Assembly (NCBI GenBank): GCA_001824255.1
Contig: MHWQ01000002.1
Span: 57,298-121,297, forward strand
Direction of reading: 5' to 3'
Length of the DNA stretch: 64,000 bases
From: Candidatus Zambryskibacteria bacterium RIFCSPLOWO2_02_FULL_51_21
GTDB lineage: Bacteria > Patescibacteriota > Minisyncoccia > Phycocordibacterales > Zambryskibacteraceae
Shown here: positions 58,562 through 64,000 of the stretch, piece by piece
Numbering within the stretch: the stretch's first letter is position 1
How the letters are laid out: each line of letters opens with the position of its first letter
The notes under the pieces: generated by a model
Database searches by the model: none
What the model was told of the DNA's origin: nothing
The model's input: only the letters and a program-made list of their open reading frames with translations
Made by a program: the position numbers and the translations under genes

Positions 58562-59419
58562 TTAAAAAGTTTTGCGGACTTCGCCCAATTCTTCCGCTAT
58601 GAGGCCCTTGATTTCAAGAAGCGAGAGGACGGCGCTGGCCGTGCCGGTGTCGAGCTTAGATTTGCGGATAAGTTCATCGCGCGGAGCGGGCCTTTCGAGC
58701 AGTTTTATGAAAATTTTCTCCTCTCCCGTAAGGCCTTTCACATCGGCCAGTGTCGGGTGTTCGTCGTGTCTCGGCAGGCCGAGAAGTTCAAGGATGTCAT
58801 TGTGGTCCCGCACCAATGCTGCGCCGAGGCGTATGAGCATATGCGGCCCGTCGGAAGTCGAAGAGTAGGCCTGTCCCGGCACGGCGCCGACATCGCGGTT
58901 GTATTCGGTGGCGAGACGCGAAGTGATGAGTGTGCCGGAGCGTTTGTCGGCCTCGATGACGAGTGTCGCGTGGCACATGCCTGCCATTATTCTGTTCCTA
59001 CGCGGGAAGGCCCACACACCCGCGGGCATGAGGTCATCGTATTCCGAAAGGAGACCGCCGCCCGAAGCCACTATTTCGTCCGCGAGTCCGGCGTGCGAGC
59101 GGGGGTGTATCACCTTTCTATCTATGCCCGAGCCGGGCAAGGCAATAGTTTGAAGGCCCGCGCGCATGGCGGCGCGATGGGCGATGGAATCGATGCCGAG
59201 AGCAAGGCCCGAAACGATAGTGACAGGCGCGCCGGCAAGTCCCGCGACGAGCATCTCGCACATTTCGCGGCCGTAGGTAGAATATTTCCTCGAACCGACT
59301 ATGGCCAGGAGCTTGTTGCCTGGCGTAGGAAGATTGCCTTCGAGCCGCAGCTGCTTTGGCGGCTCGGGAATTTCTTTCAATAGCTCCGGATATTCCTCAG
59401 GTTTGAGAGCGCGAATCAT
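58562..59419 (-). CDS. dprA: DNA-processing protein DprA (Smf)
   Basis: LAIVGSRKYSTYG...VSGLALGIDSIAHRAA. Conserved dprA-topA order. Confidence 0.8.
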   Translation of the reverse strand: MIRALKPEEYPELLKEIPEPPKQLRLEGNLPTPGNKLLAIVGSRKYSTYGREMCEMLVAGLAGAPVTIVSGLALGIDSIAHRAAMRAGLQTIALPGSGIDRKVIHPRSHAGLADEIVASGGGLLSEYDDLMPAGVWAFPRRNRIMAGMCHATLVIEADKRSGTLITSRLATEYNRDVGAVPGQAYSSTSDGPHMLIRLGAALVRDHNDILELLGLPRHDEHPTLADVKGLTGEEKIFIKLLERPAPRDELIRKSKLDTGTASAVLSLLEIKGLIAEELGEVRKTF

Positions 59420-59440
59420 GTGGTATATTTATTGTATCTT

Positions 59441-60709
59441 ATGTTGGACATAAAATTTATCAGGGAGAATAAGGACGCCGTGCAAAAAGCGGCGAAGTCG
59501 AAGCGCCTGGACTTCGACGTGGAGAAGCTTATTGAAGTTGACAACAAACGCCGAAAGATTCTCGGCCACGTGGAGGAGAAGCGCGCTGAGCAGAACGTCG
59601 CGAGCAATCAGATTGTGAAGTCAACGACGGAAGAGCGCGAAGCAATCCTCGAGAAGATGAAGATTCTCAAAGCCGGCCTCGAACAGGACGAGATGGAATT
59701 GAAAGAGGTGATGAAGGAGTGGCAGGCTCTAATGCTCCAAGCGCCGAACATTCCTGACGCCTCGGTGCCGGAGGGCGAGAGCGACGCTGACAACAAAGAG
59801 GTGAAGAAGTGGGGCGAAGTGCCGAAGTTTGATTTCGAGCCCAAGAATCACATCGACATCATGGCGGAGCTCGGCATGGCGGACTTCGAGCGCGGGGCGA
59901 GAGTGGCGGGCTTCCGCGGCTATTTCCTCACCGCCTCGGGCGCCATGCTAACCTTCGCCATCTGGAAATACGCTCTCGACTTCTTCCTCTCGCGCGGTTT
60001 CGAGCTCATGCTCGTGCCTTCGCTTGTAAGGAAGGAGACGCTTCTCGGCACCGGCTACCTGCCTCAGGGCGAAGAAGATTTGTACAAGACGCAGGACGGA
60101 GAATATCTCGCCGGCACGGGAGAAGTGGCGACCATGTCTTACCACGCGGGAGAAACTTTGCCGAAAGAAAAACTACCGAGGAAGATTCTCGCTTTCTCGC
60201 CCTGCTTTCGCCGCGAGGCCGGCAGTTATTCAAAAGACGTGAAGGGACTTATACGCGTGCACGAGTTTTTCAAATTCGAGCAAGTGATTCTCTGCGAAGC
60301 TTCTCACGAAGAATCCGTTAAATATCATGAGGAGTTGAACAGGAATATAGAAGAATTTATCGAGTCGCTCAAAATTCCATACAGGACAGTCGCGAACTGC
60401 GGCGGCGACCTGGGGCTGGGCCAGGTCAAGAAGTATGATGTCGAACTCTGGGTCCCGCTTGAGAATACTTACAGGGAAATCGGTTCGGCCTCATACTTCC
60501 ACGATTTCCAGACCAGGCGCCTCAATATTCGCTACAAAGACGCGGAGGGCAAGACGCAATACGCGCACTCCCTCAACTCGACCGCCATCCCGACACCGAG
60601 AATCCTCGTCTCTCTTGTAGAGAATTTCCAAACTGCCGACGGCTCGGTCAAGATTCCCGAGGTCCTTATCCCTTATATGAACGGATTGGCCGAAATCAAG
60701 AAAGTTTGA
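59441..60709 (+). CDS. serS: Serine--tRNA ligase
   Basis: MLDIKFIREN N-terminal coiled-coil and class II core motifs. Confidence 0.85.
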   Translation: MLDIKFIRENKDAVQKAAKSKRLDFDVEKLIEVDNKRRKILGHVEEKRAEQNVASNQIVKSTTEEREAILEKMKILKAGLEQDEMELKEVMKEWQALMLQAPNIPDASVPEGESDADNKEVKKWGEVPKFDFEPKNHIDIMAELGMADFERGARVAGFRGYFLTASGAMLTFAIWKYALDFFLSRGFELMLVPSLVRKETLLGTGYLPQGEEDLYKTQDGEYLAGTGEVATMSYHAGETLPKEKLPRKILAFSPCFRREAGSYSKDVKGLIRVHEFFKFEQVILCEASHEESVKYHEELNRNIEEFIESLKIPYRTVANCGGDLGLGQVKKYDVELWVPLENTYREIGSASYFHDFQTRRLNIRYKDAEGKTQYAHSLNSTAIPTPRILVSLVENFQTADGSVKIPEVLIPYMNGLAEIKKV

Positions 60710-60710
60710 T

Positions 60711-61484
60711 ATGGCTAGAATTGTTTCGACAGGGAAGACAATCTCCTTGGTGGAATACCACAATAAGCGGGTGCGCGAGAAGAGGAAAAAGCTTATATGG
60801 ATATTCTCCGGCATACTGGTTTTACTCATTGCGCTGGTGCTCGTCTCGCGCCTAAGCTCTTTCCAGATTGCGAAAGTAAAGGTCGAAGGGGCGAAGGTGA
60901 TTACAAATGATGAAGTGGAGAGAAACGTTCTCGTGACGCTCGCAGGCTCGTATTTCTGGCTCGTGCCGAAAGGGAATGCCGCTTTCTATCCGCGAGAAGA
61001 AGTGCGAGCAAGTTTGATGAAAGAGTTTCCCCGCTTCTCTTCCGTCGGGTTGAATGTCGAAGGAGAGAATACTCTCCGTGTTCTCGTAACCGAACGGGAA
61101 CCCTATGCCTTGTATTGCCCGCCAGCCGAAGAGAAGTGTTTCTTCTTGGACAAAGAAGGTTTTGTCTTCGACGAGGCGCCCGATTTCTCCGGTGTCGTTT
61201 ATTTCATTTATGAGACGGAAGTTCCTGCGGAAGAATTTAAGAATCTCTCGGCTTTCATTGAGAATCTTTCCAAACTCGGTTTCGAACCCATACGCTTCGA
61301 AGATTATGGCCTCACGATGAAAAACGGCTCGCATATGTTTCTGCCAGAAAAAAGCGACTTAGGGAAGCTTTTTTCCAGTCTAGAATTGTTTTTAAGGAGT
61401 CCGGCGGTAGAGAAAGATAAGTTGAGCGAGATTGATTTACGCACAGAAAACAAAATATTTTGGAAAACTTTTGGCAACAACTAA
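60711..61484 (+). CDS. FtsQ/DivIB-like cell division protein (TM plus POTRA)
   Basis: N-terminal TM helix, then a POTRA-like beta domain (FQIAKVKVEGAKVITNDEV). Confidence 0.45.
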   Translation: MARIVSTGKTISLVEYHNKRVREKRKKLIWIFSGILVLLIALVLVSRLSSFQIAKVKVEGAKVITNDEVERNVLVTLAGSYFWLVPKGNAAFYPREEVRASLMKEFPRFSSVGLNVEGENTLRVLVTEREPYALYCPPAEEKCFFLDKEGFVFDEAPDFSGVVYFIYETEVPAEEFKNLSAFIENLSKLGFEPIRFEDYGLTMKNGSHMFLPEKSDLGKLFSSLELFLRSPAVEKDKLSEIDLRTENKIFWKTFGNN

Positions 61485-62416
61485 ATAAGCCGATTTTCGC
61501 TCTGGCGCCCATGGCGGATGTGACGGACACCGCCTTCCGGCAAATTATCGCGAAGTGCGGCAAGCCCGATGTGATGTTCACGGAATTCGTCTCAGCCGAC
61601 GGTCTGGCTCTGGCACCGGAGAAGGGCAGACAGAAACTTCTACTGAATCTCAAATATTCGGAAGAAGAACGGCCGATTGTGGCGCAGTTTTTCACTTCTT
61701 CGCCTGAGAATATGCGTAAGGCCGCCGAGCTCGCGACGGAACTCAAGTTCGACGGCGTAGATATAAACATGGGTTGTCCGGACAAATCCATTGAGAAGCA
61801 AGGTGCCGGCGCCGCGCTTATGAAGAATCCGAAACTCGCGCGGGAAGTGCTGCGGGCGGCAAAAGAAGGCGCAGGAAGTCTCCCTGTTTCTGTCAAAACT
61901 CGCATAGGGTTCAACAAGCCGGAACTCGAAACATGGCTCGTGGAGATTCTCAGGGAAGAACCAGCTGCGGTAACGATTCATGCCAGGACGAGGAAAGAGA
62001 TGTCTAAGATTCCGGCTCAGTGGGATTATGTGAGGCGAGCCGTGGAGATAAGAAACGAACTGAAAGGCAAAACGCTGATTATCGGCAACGGCGACGTAAA
62101 AGATTTGGCCGAAGCCAGAAGAAGGGTGGAGGAGACCGGCTGCGACGGGGTCATGTTGGGGCGGGCTATATTCGGCAATCCGTGGTTGTTTGCCGGCAAG
62201 CAGCCGGTAGTCAGCGAGAGGTTGAAAGTTCTTATAGAACACATAAAACTTTTTGACGAGATTTTGGGTGGTACGAAAAATTTCGCCGTGATGAAAAAAC
62301 ATTTCAAATCCTACCTTCACGGTATTGACGGCGCGGGTGAACTGAGGGCAAGTATTATGGATACAGAGAATGCTGAGCAGGCCGCCAGTCTTATAGAAAG
62401 GTTCCTTGACAAGTAA
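61460..62416 (+). CDS. dus: tRNA-dihydrouridine synthase
   Basis: LAPMADVTD..FR; TIM-barrel Dus pattern (DINMGCP). Confidence 0.85.
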   Translation: MENFWQQLNKPIFALAPMADVTDTAFRQIIAKCGKPDVMFTEFVSADGLALAPEKGRQKLLLNLKYSEEERPIVAQFFTSSPENMRKAAELATELKFDGVDINMGCPDKSIEKQGAGAALMKNPKLAREVLRAAKEGAGSLPVSVKTRIGFNKPELETWLVEILREEPAAVTIHARTRKEMSKIPAQWDYVRRAVEIRNELKGKTLIIGNGDVKDLAEARRRVEETGCDGVMLGRAIFGNPWLFAGKQPVVSERLKVLIEHIKLFDEILGGTKNFAVMKKHFKSYLHGIDGAGELRASIMDTENAEQAASLIERFLDK

Positions 62417-62487
62417 CGTCCTTTTATGATAGGAAATGGCCAGATTAGGCCAAATATTGTCCTTTACGGTATCAGAAGGAGTGAGTC

Positions 62488-63753
62488 ATGTTCAAGAAAG
62501 TTTCGTTCGCGGTGCTCTGCGCCATTCTCATCGTCTCGGCGGCGTGTGACAAGAAGATCAATGTCACCCAGTCGGTGACGGGACCCAGTCCCACGTCTTC
62601 GCCGCCGGTGTTCAGTCTGGACTCCGTCACAGTGACGGCAAACTTCGTGGATATCACGCTCAACGCGTGTCCGGCGGATGTGACTGTGAGCGCCACCGTC
62701 CACGGCACCAACGTGACCCAGGACGTAACCTGGCGTCGCGAAGGTGACGACCCGGTTTCGTTCGACACGAGCGGCGTGGTTGCCAGGATTAAAATCAACC
62801 ATGCCGGACGCTACAAGGTCATCGCGACCGCCAACCAGAACGGGGTAACCCGCTCCGGCGAAGTCGTCGTGACTGCCACGGGCAGTTGCGCGAGCGGCGG
62901 ACCGCCGCCCGCGCCTCCGTCGCCGGGACCTGGTCCCACGCCGGCACCCGCTCCTACACCAGCCCCCACTCCCACACCAACACCGGCGCGTCCAATCGTG
63001 ACACTTGCGGCAAACCCGTCGAGCATCACGGTCGGGGAGAGTTCACTTCTCACCTGGACAATCAGGAATGAGGTAACATTTTGTTCCTGGATTCGGGGAA
63101 AGAGTGGAATCGCTCCACTCACATCCGGTTCACTGTCGGTTTCTCCGACAGTGAACACCACCTACACATACAAGTGTGTAGGACCAGGAGGCGAAGGTGA
63201 AGACAGCGCCACAGTGACGGTGACAGCACCAGCGCCTCCAGCACCGGTGCCGACATGCGTGCTCTCAGCGAGCCCGATGTCGATTGCGCAAGGCGGGAGC
63301 TCCACTCTCACGTGGAGTTCCTCGAACGCCACGGCGGTCACGGCTTCCGGCGGCTGGTCTGGCAATCTCGCATTGTCGGGCTCCAGGTCGGTGGTTCTCG
63401 CGCAGACGACGGTCTTCACCATCGTTTGTACGGGTCCCGGCGGCTCAAGCACGGCGAGCGTGACCATAACGGTCACGGCACCGGTATCAGTCTGCGCGGG
63501 TGCCAATGCGTCGCTTCCCGACCTCACGGCGAAGGGGCAGACCAGGGGCTTCGCCATCAATGCTTCCTCTGGCTGTCATTGGGCCCTGCGGTCCAACAAC
63601 ACTCATGTGGTAAGCACCAATCCGGCGGAAGGGTACGGTCCCTCTGCAGGCACGGTTACATCACTGAATTCCGGTACAGCCACGATCCAGTTCATCGTCA
63701 ATCCGGGACCCGGGGAGACGGTGCTGAGCTCGAGGACGTACATCATTCCCTAA
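62488..63753 (+). CDS. Secreted lipoprotein with a Pro-rich linker and tandem Ig-like beta-sandwich repeats. Strong GC outlier (about 65% GC).
   Basis: Lipobox LIVSAAC, a PPPAPPSPGPGPTPAPAPTPAPTPTPTPARP linker and repeated TVTVTAP / TWSS motifs. Confidence 0.6.
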   Translation: MFKKVSFAVLCAILIVSAACDKKINVTQSVTGPSPTSSPPVFSLDSVTVTANFVDITLNACPADVTVSATVHGTNVTQDVTWRREGDDPVSFDTSGVVARIKINHAGRYKVIATANQNGVTRSGEVVVTATGSCASGGPPPAPPSPGPGPTPAPAPTPAPTPTPTPARPIVTLAANPSSITVGESSLLTWTIRNEVTFCSWIRGKSGIAPLTSGSLSVSPTVNTTYTYKCVGPGGEGEDSATVTVTAPAPPAPVPTCVLSASPMSIAQGGSSTLTWSSSNATAVTASGGWSGNLALSGSRSVVLAQTTVFTIVCTGPGGSSTASVTITVTAPVSVCAGANASLPDLTAKGQTRGFAINASSGCHWALRSNNTHVVSTNPAEGYGPSAGTVTSLNSGTATIQFIVNPGPGETVLSSRTYIIP

Positions 63754-63779
63754 TCCGGCCTCGGGGCCGGAACAACATA

Positions 63780-63805
63780 CCGCCAGCACGCATGCGTGCT
63801 GGCGG
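63780..63805. repeat. Perfect 26-bp palindrome/hairpin CCGCCAGCACGCATGCGTGCTGGCGG between the lipoprotein gene and dnaX. A second hairpin lies at 63755-63770.
   Basis: Exact inverted repeat. Preceded by CCGGCCTCGGGGCCGG. Likely a terminator or operator. Confidence 0.6.
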
Positions 63806-63826
63806 TAAATTCGTTATACTGCTTGC

Positions 63827-64000
63827 ATGAAAAAAGGGGAGAAACCGGCCCAGGTGCTTTATCGCAAGTATCGTCCTCAAGCGTTTAAAGAAGTTATCGG
63901 CCAGGAGCACGTGGTCAAGGTTCTCGAGGGTGCCATAAAGCTAGGTAATGTCTCGCACGCCTACATCTTCTCCGGCTCGCGCGGTACGGGCAAGACCTCT
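63827..64000 (+). CDS. dnaX: DNA polymerase III subunit gamma/tau, 3-prime truncated by the window end
   Basis: YRKYRPQAFKEVIGQEHVV...GSRGTGKTS. Confidence 0.8.
   Translation, partial: MKKGEKPAQVLYRKYRPQAFKEVIGQEHVVKVLEGAIKLGNVSHAYIFSGSRGTGKTS

Noticed and set aside
1-64000. CRISPR arrays, rRNA genes, transposases and integrases
   Set aside because: No evenly spaced short direct repeats, rRNA-like conserved segments, or DDE/tyrosine-recombinase motifs were seen anywhere in the window.

Overview
This is a 64 kb chromosomal segment, about 55% GC overall, with the gene-dense, reduced-domain architecture typical of an ultra-small Patescibacteria/CPR-type bacterium. Several housekeeping proteins are unusually short: IF-2 is 488 aa, DnaE 1008 aa, ProRS lacks an editing domain, ThrRS lacks the N-terminal domains, and SMC is a hinge-less 703 aa. 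I annotate about 65 protein genes, 11 tRNAs and several rho-independent terminators. The protein genes cover cell division and shape (ftsZ, ftsA, ftsQ-like, mreBCD-mrdA), replication and repair (gyrA, dnaE, holB, dnaX, topA, dprA, rnhB, smc, parB), translation (rpsA, rpsU, rpmF, rpmG, infB, rbfA, frr, pth, hisS, proS, lysS, thrS, serS) and RNA metabolism (rnc, rnr, ybeY, miaA, tsaD, dus, nusB). The tRNAs are Ser, Glu, Val, Leu x3, Cys, Lys, Gly, Tyr and Trp. Several small genes are absent from the ORF track: rpmG and a Zn-ribbon protein are new calls, and rpsU, ybeY, GIY-YIG and others needed start-site correction. The most unusual loci are: (i) a ~1.45 kb AT-rich islet inserted at the 3-prime end of tRNA-Glu, bounded by an imperfect direct repeat of the tRNA end, carrying a HEPN-like (Rx5H) protein and a membrane protein but no integrase; (ii) a tandem array of six paralogous two-TM TrbC/VirB2-pilin-like small proteins downstream of a membrane-anchored solute-binding protein; (iii) a NusB-NUDIX fusion next to a stand-alone NUDIX gene and rnc; (iv) a perfect 20-bp palindrome present twice, 45 kb apart; (v) a partial duplication of the tRNA-Tyr 3-prime end inside a structured GC-rich element after clpB. 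There are also GC-rich outlier genes for secreted or membrane proteins, and miaA is flanked by its own substrate tRNAs. No CRISPR array, rRNA, transposase or integrase was recognised.
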